DNA from: Candidatus Bathyarchaeota archaeon
GTDB lineage: Archaea; Thermoproteota; Bathyarchaeia; TCS64
DNA length: 64,000 nucleotides
Assembly (NCBI GenBank): GCA_963771885.1
Contig: CAVYVF010000023.1
Coordinates: 704,001 to 768,000 of the forward strand
Direction of reading: 5' to 3'
The translations under genes and the position numbers were made by a program. The notes beneath the pieces were generated by a model, which was not told the origin of the DNA, ran no database searches, and saw only the letters and a list, made by a program, of their open reading frames with translations. Positions 50,038 through 58,121 of this stretch are shown piece by piece; positions within the stretch are counted from its first letter, which is position 1; each line of letters begins with the position of its first letter.

Positions 50038-50108
50038 CTATATAGACTACGTTTTCTACATCCCTGAAACCTATAAGAAAGCTCAGCAATATTGGGAATC
50101 GAAGCCCA

Positions 50109-50810
50109 ATGAAGTACGAGATAAAGTATGCACCGAGCTACTCGATGCTCGTCGTCAACCTAGAGCAGGGTGAGCAGATCACCGGCGAAGCCGGCGCCAT
50201 GACCTACATGAGCCCAACCATGGATGTCAGGACCCGGAAGAGGGAACAGAGCATACTGGGGACGCTCGCTACCGCCCTCATTGGCGGCCAGAGCTTCTTC
50301 GTCAACGACTACGCCGCCGCGCGAGGACCCGGCGAGATAGCCCTCGTCGCCGCTCCTGTCGGGGACATCACTAAACTCGATGTCCAGCCAAGCAAGGGCT
50401 ACATCATCCAGAAGGCGGGCTACCTCGCCTCCGGGCAGAACATCGACCTAGACATCCGCTGGGAGGGTTTCAGCAGGGGCCTTTTCGGTCAAGGTTTATT
50501 CATGATAAAGGTCACAGGGCAGGGTGACCTCTTCATAAACACCTTCGGCGCCATCGATAAGCACATCTTAGCGCCCGGAGAACAGTTGATCGTCGACAAC
50601 TTCCATCTAGTCGCCTTCAGCGACACCTGCGCCTACCAGGTCGAGAAGGTAGGAGGATGGAAGGAGACCATCTTCAGCGGCGAGGGTTTCCTCACCCGTA
50701 TAACCGGACCCGGCGAGGTTTACATCCAGACGAAGAACCTGCGAGAGTTCGCGGAGTGGATCTGGACCCTCATCGAGCCGATGGTCCAGGTCCGGGCTCG
50801 GGCGCGGTAG
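50109..50810 (+). CDS. TIGR00266/AIM24 family protein
   Basis: GEAGAMTYM, GGQSFF, FGQGLF, VDNFHLVAF, GPGEVYIQT. Confidence 0.9.
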   Translation: MKYEIKYAPSYSMLVVNLEQGEQITGEAGAMTYMSPTMDVRTRKREQSILGTLATALIGGQSFFVNDYAAARGPGEIALVAAPVGDITKLDVQPSKGYIIQKAGYLASGQNIDLDIRWEGFSRGLFGQGLFMIKVTGQGDLFINTFGAIDKHILAPGEQLIVDNFHLVAFSDTCAYQVEKVGGWKETIFSGEGFLTRITGPGEVYIQTKNLREFAEWIWTLIEPMVQVRARAR

Positions 50811-50811
50811 C

Positions 50812-51888
50812 CTAGTCGCTTGGCTCCGCGTCCCTCTCTAGGCTTCCGCAGGTGCAGTGGATGCTCCCGCTGTTACGGGGACGTACGAGGCTGCTGCACT
50901 CGACCTCGACGACGTCGACGCCTATGGACTCTAGCCACTTCGTGTTCTTAGGGTTGCCGACGGGGACCATGATCTTCATGGGTTCGAGGACGACGCCCGT
51001 GTTTGGCCCTATCTTGGCGCCGTGTGTATCCGTGTAGACGAGTTCGTCTGGGGGCGTGATGAACTTCCAGTTCATCGTCCTCTTCATCCATTCGACGAGG
51101 TGGGGCTCGAACCATTTGGGGTCGCCGACGCTTGTATGGCGGTCTATCATCGCGTAGTCGATCGTGCCCTTCGTGGAGCCGTAGCCGGGTTCGATCTTGA
51201 TGTCGACCTCAGGGTCCTGCGTCTTGATGATGCGGGCGAGCTGCTCGTGGCCCCAGTCGTTAGCCTTCGATACCGCGGGGTCAGCCGTGTTGCCCCTTGC
51301 GAAGTGGACCTCCACGAGTAGGTGCTTCTCGTCGAGCCAGCCGATGGAGCCCCCCTCTGCCATGCCATCGCCGACGATCATACCCACGACGGGGCATCCA
51401 GCCTCTGCGAGGGTCTGGTAGGTCGGCAGCTCCTCCCCCTTCCTGATCCAATCGTACATGCGGAGGATGACCTGCCCGTAGACGGCTGGGTGGCAGACAT
51501 CGTCGGTGAAGATCGCCTTCACCTGGTAGGGTGGGTCATGTGGGTCGGGCTTCCTGACGAGGACGCGTATCCCCTCGTCGTGGTACGCCTTGACGAGGTT
51601 CTCGTGGTGCTCAACCATCTCGTCGAGGTCCGGCTTGAAGGTCATGCGCCACGCTGCGAGGCTCGACTCGTGGGGGGGCCACGGCGTCTTATTACCCACG
51701 CTTAGGAACTCCTTCCCCGGACGATGGACGAGGACTGTCCTCAGCTTGCCGATGGTCGTATTCGCCTTCCACTTGCCGCCCCAGAACTTAGGCATGTCCT
51801 CCTCGAAGGTTGAGTGCACTTGCGGGTGGAGGCGGGTGTACATGTCGGTTAGCTGCTTGATGTTCTCCGCGCTGTTTGTCTGAGACAT
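50812..51888 (-). CDS. Amidinotransferase/arginine deiminase superfamily protein, divergent
   Basis: GKLRTVLVHRPG, EHHENLV, FTDD, RKGEE, AEGG, GSIHCTC. Confidence 0.85.
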   Translation of the reverse strand: MSQTNSAENIKQLTDMYTRLHPQVHSTFEEDMPKFWGGKWKANTTIGKLRTVLVHRPGKEFLSVGNKTPWPPHESSLAAWRMTFKPDLDEMVEHHENLVKAYHDEGIRVLVRKPDPHDPPYQVKAIFTDDVCHPAVYGQVILRMYDWIRKGEELPTYQTLAEAGCPVVGMIVGDGMAEGGSIGWLDEKHLLVEVHFARGNTADPAVSKANDWGHEQLARIIKTQDPEVDIKIEPGYGSTKGTIDYAMIDRHTSVGDPKWFEPHLVEWMKRTMNWKFITPPDELVYTDTHGAKIGPNTGVVLEPMKIMVPVGNPKNTKWLESIGVDVVEVECSSLVRPRNSGSIHCTCGSLERDAEPSD

Positions 51889-51928
51889 GGGTAAGGGGTA
51901 GCCGATCCCGGTAAAACAGTTGCCCCGG

Positions 51929-53131
51929 TTAGTGGTACTGGTCGTAGTAGGGGTCTTTGAGGTAGTAGCCCTGCCAGATAGTCTTGCCCGCGTCGACGAG
52001 CTGCTTGCCCTTAGCGTAGACCTTCTCGACGTGCAGCTCCTCCGGCTTGTCAGCGACGACGATGTCGGCGTCGTAGCCTTCGGCTATCCTGCCCTTCCTG
52101 TCGTCGATTCCGAGGCACTTGGCGGGGTTTGTCGTCACCATCCTGAGCGCCTCCTCGAATGGAAGGATGCTGTTGTGGACGATGTCCCTAATCTCGCGGC
52201 GAGTGAAGTCGACAGGAGCTATGTAGACCTTGACTTGCTTGCCCTTGGCGTCTCTTATTGCCATGGGACAGTTCGCGTCACTGCTGATCGTGATGTACTC
52301 GATAGGGCAGCCTGCGGCGAGCATCCGCTTCACAGCGAGGTCCGTCTTCAGACCCGTAAGGGTGCCTTCCTCCTTCCTCATCTGCGTCGTGAGGTCGACG
52401 TAGCCTCCCCTCTTCGCCCACTCCGTCGCCTGTGCCATAACGTCGGGCGTGAGGCGGTTCACATGCGTAGGCTGTATGAGCCTTGCTGGTAGTCCCGTGT
52501 TCTCTATGACCTCGAAGAGCATATCCATCCTCTGCGGGCGGCGACCTACATGGACATGGGTGACTGCGGTCTTCTTCACCGTCTCGGCGCCAAGCTCGAC
52601 CTCGCTCACTAGCTCAGCCATCTCCCTCCAAGTGTGATGGCTTGTCGTAGCGTCAGAGATCGCCGTCTTGAGGCCGCGTACCTTGTCGATGAGCACGACG
52701 TCGCCCCTAACAGAGCCGGTGATGGTCGGCGGTGGGATGTGGAAGCACCCCGTGTACATGTAGGTTGTTATTCCCAGCATGTCCAGCTCGATGGTCTTCC
52801 AGTAGAGTTGCTCGAGGGTGCGCACCGCGTACTCGCCCCCGAGCGTGCCTACGGCGGTCGTCACGCCGCTTTCGACGATGTCTTGGAAGGAGACGTCGTA
52901 TGTGTGCCCGAAGGGACCCTGGCTGTCGTCTGCGCCGGTGATGTGGATGTGTGGATCGACCCAGCCGGGGTAGACGATCTTACCCGTGGCGTCGATGGTC
53001 TCGCACTTGTATCCACCGGGAGCCTTGATGTCCTCCCCGACGGCGGCTATCTTGTCGCCGGCGATGAGGATATTCGCCTTACCGATCTTCTCGGGGGCGT
53101 AGACCTCCCCACCCTTAACGAGCTTAAACAT
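51929..53131 (-). CDS. Isoaspartyl dipeptidase (IadA)-like amidohydrolase
   Basis: VYAPE, DPHIH, TITGSV.GD, KTAISD, HVHVG, PTHVNR, SSD, TTNPA, GYDAD. Confidence 0.88.
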   Translation of the reverse strand: MFKLVKGGEVYAPEKIGKANILIAGDKIAAVGEDIKAPGGYKCETIDATGKIVYPGWVDPHIHITGADDSQGPFGHTYDVSFQDIVESGVTTAVGTLGGEYAVRTLEQLYWKTIELDMLGITTYMYTGCFHIPPPTITGSVRGDVVLIDKVRGLKTAISDATTSHHTWREMAELVSEVELGAETVKKTAVTHVHVGRRPQRMDMLFEVIENTGLPARLIQPTHVNRLTPDVMAQATEWAKRGGYVDLTTQMRKEEGTLTGLKTDLAVKRMLAAGCPIEYITISSDANCPMAIRDAKGKQVKVYIAPVDFTRREIRDIVHNSILPFEEALRMVTTNPAKCLGIDDRKGRIAEGYDADIVVADKPEELHVEKVYAKGKQLVDAGKTIWQGYYLKDPYYDQYH

Positions 53132-53136
53132 GGCGC

Positions 53137-53601
53137 CTAGGTCCTGTGGTGGTCGTACTCCTGATCAGGAGTCTTAATGGGGATTACGGATAGTATGCGG
53201 TCGTTTATCGAGTAAACGCGCACCCCTGCGTAGCTGATCTTGTTGTCCTCAAGCAGCTTGATTGCCTTCTCCTCGCTGCCCGGCGGCACGTATAGGAAGA
53301 ATTTCTTCTCCTTCTCGCCTATGTGTGCTGCATCAGAGAGGATTTTCCACCTCTTGACCGAGGCCTGCTTCACCTCCTTAGCGAGCGCCACGTCGGCGAG
53401 CTCCTGTATCCTGCCATCGGACCTGCAGATGACTATGCTCGGGTAGACCGGAGCTTCCTCCGTGTCTATCCCCCTCCTCTTCACCTCGTCGTTGACTATC
53501 GTCACGTAGCCCTCACCCCAGTCCTCCTGGTCGACGAAGGGGAATCGGGTCGCAGCTATTATCCTGATTACGCGGTTCCTAGCAATCTCCTCGGATACCA
53601 T
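53137..53601 (-). CDS. Hypothetical protein, possibly an inactive PD-(D/E)XK fold
   Basis: VYPSIVI...LADVAL...W...FFLYVP pattern; stop lies 5 nt before the iadA-like start. Confidence 0.65.
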   Translation of the reverse strand: MVSEEIARNRVIRIIAATRFPFVDQEDWGEGYVTIVNDEVKRRGIDTEEAPVYPSIVICRSDGRIQELADVALAKEVKQASVKRWKILSDAAHIGEKEKKFFLYVPPGSEEKAIKLLEDNKISYAGVRVYSINDRILSVIPIKTPDQEYDHHRT

Positions 53602-53656
53602 CTCGGGTCAGATACAAGGGTACATATTCGCCTTTTCAAACTTCATATGGCTAACC

Positions 53657-54376
53657 TTGATCGACACGATCCTATTCGATAACTGGAACACACTCGTGCA
53701 GGCGCCGGGGCTTATGAGGGGCGGCGCATCCGTCGAGATATTTCAGCGCAGCTTAAAGGAGCAGGGGTTCAACCCCAACACTGAGCAGTTCAGCGAGGTC
53801 TACCGCCCCATCGCCAGAAGGCAGGCGAAGGAGTCGGAGGCGGCCGGGTGGACCGAGATCGACTACATACAGCGACTACTGCTTACGCTCGAAGGTCTCG
53901 GCGTCAAGGAGCCACGACGGAGCCGCCTCGCGATAAGAGCCTGGGACGACTACCTAGCCGAGTGGCCTAAGCAGACGTGCTTCTACCCTGAGACGCCTGC
54001 GCTCCTCGAGAAACTGCGGGGGGAGTACAAGCTCGGCATCGTCACGAACTTCATGGATGGGCCTACGGCGAGGCGTGTCTTCGATAACCTAGGCTACGAG
54101 GCAGTGTTCGACAGCCTGATCGTCTCCGCCGAGGTGGGATACCTGAAGCCGTCGCCGGTGCTATTCAGGCAGGCGCTCGATGAGCTCGGCTCGATGCCCG
54201 AGAACGCGATCATGGTAGGCGACACATATGAGGCGGACGTCGTCGGGGCGCGTAAGGCGGGTATCCGTGGGGTCCTTGTGGACCTCTACGGTGCCACGCA
54301 GGAGCAGATCGGTGGCTCTGATGCCCTCATTAAAAACATAGGCGATCTCCCCCACGCCCTCAAAACACTGGTTTAA
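53657..54376 (+). CDS. HAD-superfamily hydrolase
   Basis: FDNWNTL, VTN, KPSP, VGDTYEADV. Confidence 0.88.
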   Translation: MIDTILFDNWNTLVQAPGLMRGGASVEIFQRSLKEQGFNPNTEQFSEVYRPIARRQAKESEAAGWTEIDYIQRLLLTLEGLGVKEPRRSRLAIRAWDDYLAEWPKQTCFYPETPALLEKLRGEYKLGIVTNFMDGPTARRVFDNLGYEAVFDSLIVSAEVGYLKPSPVLFRQALDELGSMPENAIMVGDTYEADVVGARKAGIRGVLVDLYGATQEQIGGSDALIKNIGDLPHALKTLV

Positions 54377-54435
54377 AGAGAGAATAACCAGCGACCCAAC
54401 GACGCGACACTGGAACGCTTTATTCAGAGGTTCAG

Positions 54436-55107
54436 CTAGAAGTTCTCAGCGATGCCGACGAGGTCGATGAGGTCGTCGACCATTCTCTTGCACCCGGCGT
54501 CGATGAGCCTCTTCCCCCACTCCTCATCCCTCTTGTAGCCGATGAAGGCGACGTTAGCAGCATTCGCTGTCTCAAGATCGGTTGAGGTGTCCCCGACGTA
54601 GAAGACATCTCCGGGTCCGGCGCTCAGGTGAGTGACGACGTCGAGGAGGTGACGGGGGTCAGGCTTCGGGTAGGGCACGTCGTCGCGTGCTAAACACTTG
54701 TCGACGTAGCTGTGGATGCCGGTAAGCCTCATGCTCTCGGCGGCGTATTCCCTGCAGCCGCGGGTGGCTATCCCGATACCAAGGCCGCGCTCCTTCAGCG
54801 CCTTCAGCGTCTCGCCAGCGTTTCTCATTGGTTTTGACAGGTGGGCGCCGTCTAGCTCAACTTGGTTCATGATGTGTTCCATCTCCCTAGCGATCCGCAT
54901 ACGATCAGCGTGCGCTACGCCCAGCTCGGTGAGGACCTTATCCCCGCCCCTGATAATCTGATATATTTTCCGCCTATCTGTAAGGCGCTCCTCGGGGACG
55001 CCGCCCTCAGATAGCACAACTCGTATCATCCCCGCCATGCGCTCGTAGTCGATCTTCGAGTCCACGAGAGTCCCGTCTAGGTCGAACACAACAGCCTTGA
55101 GCCGCAC
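54436..55107 (-). CDS. HAD-superfamily hydrolase
   Basis: FDLDGTL, PKPDP, VGDTSTD. Confidence 0.9.
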   Translation of the reverse strand: MRLKAVVFDLDGTLVDSKIDYERMAGMIRVVLSEGGVPEERLTDRRKIYQIIRGGDKVLTELGVAHADRMRIAREMEHIMNQVELDGAHLSKPMRNAGETLKALKERGLGIGIATRGCREYAAESMRLTGIHSYVDKCLARDDVPYPKPDPRHLLDVVTHLSAGPGDVFYVGDTSTDLETANAANVAFIGYKRDEEWGKRLIDAGCKRMVDDLIDLVGIAENF

Positions 55108-55205
55108 GAAGAACCCTCCGGCGCATCAACTTATGAACCATGCGGCGGACCCACTTCAGCCTTCGGCACCAACCCCTTTTATCGCCAGATGGTGCCATCA
55201 GAGCC

Positions 55206-56240
55206 ATGGGGATCGAGAAGCGTCCCTTCGGCACCCTTCCAGGCAGGCGAAGTGCGGCCCTCTACACACTCAAGGCGAGTGGCGTCGAGGCGCAGATCAC
55301 AGACTACGGTGGCATAATCACGTCACTACGCGTCCCAGACGCGAGCGGTGTGTGGGGTGACGTCGTCCACGGCTTTGAGACTCTCGACGGCTACCTCGGC
55401 AAGCAGCCCTACTTCGGCTGCATAGTCGGCAGGTTCGCTAACCGGATTGGAGGCGCCAGGTTCAGGCTCGATGGTATCGAATACAAGTTGGCGAAGAACG
55501 ACGGCGCGAACAGCCTGCACGGCGGGCTGAGGGGATTCGACAAGGTTCTCTGGGACGCTGAGGCGATGGGGAACTCGCTGAGGTTGACATACCACAGCCC
55601 CGACGGGGAGGAGGGCTACCCCGGCAACCTCGACGCAACAGTCACCTACACGTTGCGAGGCGCCGAACTGACCATCGACTACGAAGCGGCAACCGACAAA
55701 CCCACCGTCGTCAACCTAACCAACCATACCTACTTCAACCTCGCATGTGGCGGCGACGTACTCTCCCACGAGTTGACACTCGACGCCGAGTACTACACGC
55801 CCGCGGGGATGGACCTCATACCAACTGGAAAGATCGAGAGCGTCGCCGGTACCCCACTCGACTTCAGGCAGCCTCACGTTATCGGGGAGCGGATCGAGGC
55901 GCACCACGACCAGATCAAATACGGCGGCGGCTACGACTGCAACTGGGTCATCGATGGCGAGGCGGGTAATCTCAGGAGAGCTGCGACCGTTCGGGAGCCG
56001 AGTAGTGGGCGATTCTTCGAGGTGCATACAACGCAGCCGGGTATACAGTTCTATACGGGCAACTTCCTCGACGGCACCCTGAGTGGCAAGGGGGGCGTCT
56101 ACGGCAGGCGGAGCGGGCTCTGCCTCGAGACGCAGCACTACCCCGACTCCCCCAACAAGCCGAACTTTCCATCGACTGTTCTCCGCCCCGGTGAGATGTA
56201 CCATGAGAAGACCGTGTTCCGGTTCGGTGTGACGAGATGA
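55206..56240 (+). CDS. galM: Aldose 1-epimerase (galactose mutarotase)
   Basis: GRFANRI, SLHGG, NLTNHTYFNL, QFYTGN, CLETQ. Confidence 0.95.
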   Translation: MGIEKRPFGTLPGRRSAALYTLKASGVEAQITDYGGIITSLRVPDASGVWGDVVHGFETLDGYLGKQPYFGCIVGRFANRIGGARFRLDGIEYKLAKNDGANSLHGGLRGFDKVLWDAEAMGNSLRLTYHSPDGEEGYPGNLDATVTYTLRGAELTIDYEAATDKPTVVNLTNHTYFNLACGGDVLSHELTLDAEYYTPAGMDLIPTGKIESVAGTPLDFRQPHVIGERIEAHHDQIKYGGGYDCNWVIDGEAGNLRRAATVREPSSGRFFEVHTTQPGIQFYTGNFLDGTLSGKGGVYGRRSGLCLETQHYPDSPNKPNFPSTVLRPGEMYHEKTVFRFGVTR

Positions 56241-57377
56241 CGGACGAGGCGGAGATACTCAGCATCTTCGAAAGCCTCTACGGCGTCAGAGAGGGCGTGG
56301 TCGTCGCCAGCGCCCCGGGGAGGGTCAACATCATCGGTGAGCACACTGACTATAACGAGGGTTACGTACTGCCCACGCCGCTGGGCAGTCGCGTCTGGGT
56401 CGCCGCCCGCAAGCGAGCCGACGACGAGTTTAGGCTCAACGCCTACGACTACCATGAAAAATACGAGTTCACGTTAGGCAAGCAGAGGCTCAGCGAGAAG
56501 AATCGGTGGGCTAACTACGTCATGGGCGTTGTATCTGCTTTACAGAGTCGCGGGTATACACTCAGCGGGGCAGAGCTCGCCATCAAGGGGGACGTTCCGC
56601 AAGGCGCGGGGCTTAGCTCGAGCGCCGCACTCGAGGTCGCCACAGCACGCGCTTTTAAGCAGCTCTTCAGTCTCGACATCGCCCCCGTCGAGCTCGCCTA
56701 TGTGGGCAAGTCGGCTGAGAACGACTTCATCGGGCTGCAGAGCGGCATTATGGACCAGTTCTGCGCGAGTCTTGGCAGGCAGGGGCAGGCGCTGCTTATC
56801 GACTGCAGGGACAACGAGCATAGGAACGTCAAGCTGCCCTGGGGGACAACGCTCGTTGCCGTACACACAGGGGTGAAGAGGAAGCTTGACTCCTCAGCCT
56901 ATAACGAACGGGTGGCTCAGTGCAAGGAGGGCGTCGTCGCGCTTAGGCGGCTGAATCCCCGTATCGCGTCACTGAGGGATGTGACGATGGGTGATCTCGA
57001 GACGGTTAGGGAAATGGTTCCCGACCTCATATTCAGGCGGTGCCGCCACGTGGTCCATGAGAACTCGCGCGTTCTCTCTGCCGTGGAGGCGATGGAGCTA
57101 AACCTCGGGTCGAAACTTGGGGCGCTAATGTACGAGTCGCATATGAGCCTTCGGGAGGACTATGGCGTGAGCTGCCCCGAACTGGATTCCCTTGTGAAAG
57201 TGGCGATGGAAACCGGGTACGTGCTTGGGGCGCGCCTGACGGGGGCTGGTTTCGGCGGGTGCACGATAAACCTCCTCTCCAAGCATAACTTGAGTCAGTT
57301 CCTCGATGAGGTCCCGGCTCGGTTACTATAAGGCGACGGGGCTCAGGCCCGAGGTTTACCCAGTACTGCCCCAATAG
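56237..57377 (+). CDS. galK: Galactokinase (apparent 1-nt insertion near 57323)
   Basis: APGRVNIIGEHTDY, GAGLSSSAA, GIMDQ, TGAGFGG; tail YYKATGLRPEVY continues in the +1 frame to TAG 57377; as read, the ORF ends at 57331. Confidence 0.93.
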
Positions 57378-57411
57378 GTTAAAATCTGGATTCCATGCAG
57401 TGTATTCGGCT

Positions 57412-57487
57412 GGGCTGGTAGATCAGTGGTATGATCGCCTGACTTGCAATCAGGAAGTCGGGGGTTCAATTCCCCCCCAGTCCACCA
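57412..57487 (+). tRNA. tRNA-Ala (anticodon TGC), intronless, CCA encoded
   Basis: Cloverleaf folded by hand: GGGCTGG/CCAGTCC with G3:U70, GATC D-stem, CCTGA-CTTGCAA-TCAGG, GGGGG-TTCAATT-CCCCC. Confidence 0.97.
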
Positions 57488-57499
57488 AATAATCACCTA

Positions 57500-57810
57500 A
57501 ACCGCTGAAGATAACCCGCATCGACGAGACCGAGTTCAAGGCAAAGGTCTCATCCAGATTATCCTCGAGCGAGCGCGCCGGTGGCGGTTCCCCCAGTGAC
57601 ACAGCCAGCGACAGTTGCGGCGCCGCACATACCGGCAGTATCAGCTCGAGTGGCCACTTGGCAGCACACTCCACAGGCGGAGGTCCCAGCTAGGGGGCTG
57701 CGAAGGGGTATCCCTAGGCTAGGTTTTGCCCAGACTGCGGCCAGCCTTCGGCTTGGATCGAGCAATATAAGCGCTGGTACTGCTACAGGTGCAAGAAGTA
57801 TCTGCCCTAA
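57500..57810 (+). pseudogene. Remnant of a gene with a Pro/Ala-rich linker and C-terminal zinc ribbon
   Basis: RFCPDCGQPSAWIEQYKRWYCYRCKKYLP* at 57721-57810; the upstream linker is in other frames and no start is linked to it. Confidence 0.65.
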
Positions 57811-57860
57811 TCCCGTTTTTTGATATTTTTAAAATATTTACGTTAGTCCACTAGGCAATG

Positions 57861-57868
57861 TTTTAAAT
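57861..57868 (+). promoter_or_regulatory. TATA box for the candidate ncRNA
   Basis: TTTTAAAT starting 27 nt before G57888, the same box and spacing as the promoter at 59528-59535. Confidence 0.55.
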
Positions 57869-57887
57869 ATTGACTATTTGAAGGAAT

Positions 57888-58042
57888 GGGGAGTATCGCC
57901 GGCCCTGGAGAAAGGTTGCGACACCCGGGGGGCGGGACCTACCTGGCTAGGTTTTCGGTAGGGCGCGTGCAGGCGCCCTCCCCCTGCGATGATTTACCCG
58001 GCGTCCAGGATCCATACTCCATTAGGCCCCTGGCGCTCCCCA
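57888..58042 (+). ncRNA. Candidate structured non-coding RNA, family unrecognised
   Basis: GC-rich island between AT-rich flanks; paired ends GGGGAG/CTCCCC, nested helices and two apical hairpins; TATA upstream and pyrimidine/T-rich tract downstream. Confidence 0.55.
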
Positions 58043-58121
58043 TTTCTGTTCCTTTTCTCCTTGTCTTTGACTATTCTATTTTTTTAAAAAAGGGTGGATC
58101 GTTTTGTCTTAGCTAGTGGTC

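Noticed and set aside
57888..58042. Identity as tRNA-Sec, 5S rRNA, SRP RNA, RNase P RNA, HDV-like or hammerhead ribozyme, or c-di-AMP/Moco riboswitch
   Set aside because: The required conserved motifs are absent or only fragmentary on both strands by eye, and no downstream gene exists for a riboswitch; cmscan is still needed
57886..58116. 76-aa ORF over the structured island
   Set aside because: The ATG lies at or before the predicted TSS, the sequence is not protein-like, and it runs through the T-rich terminator
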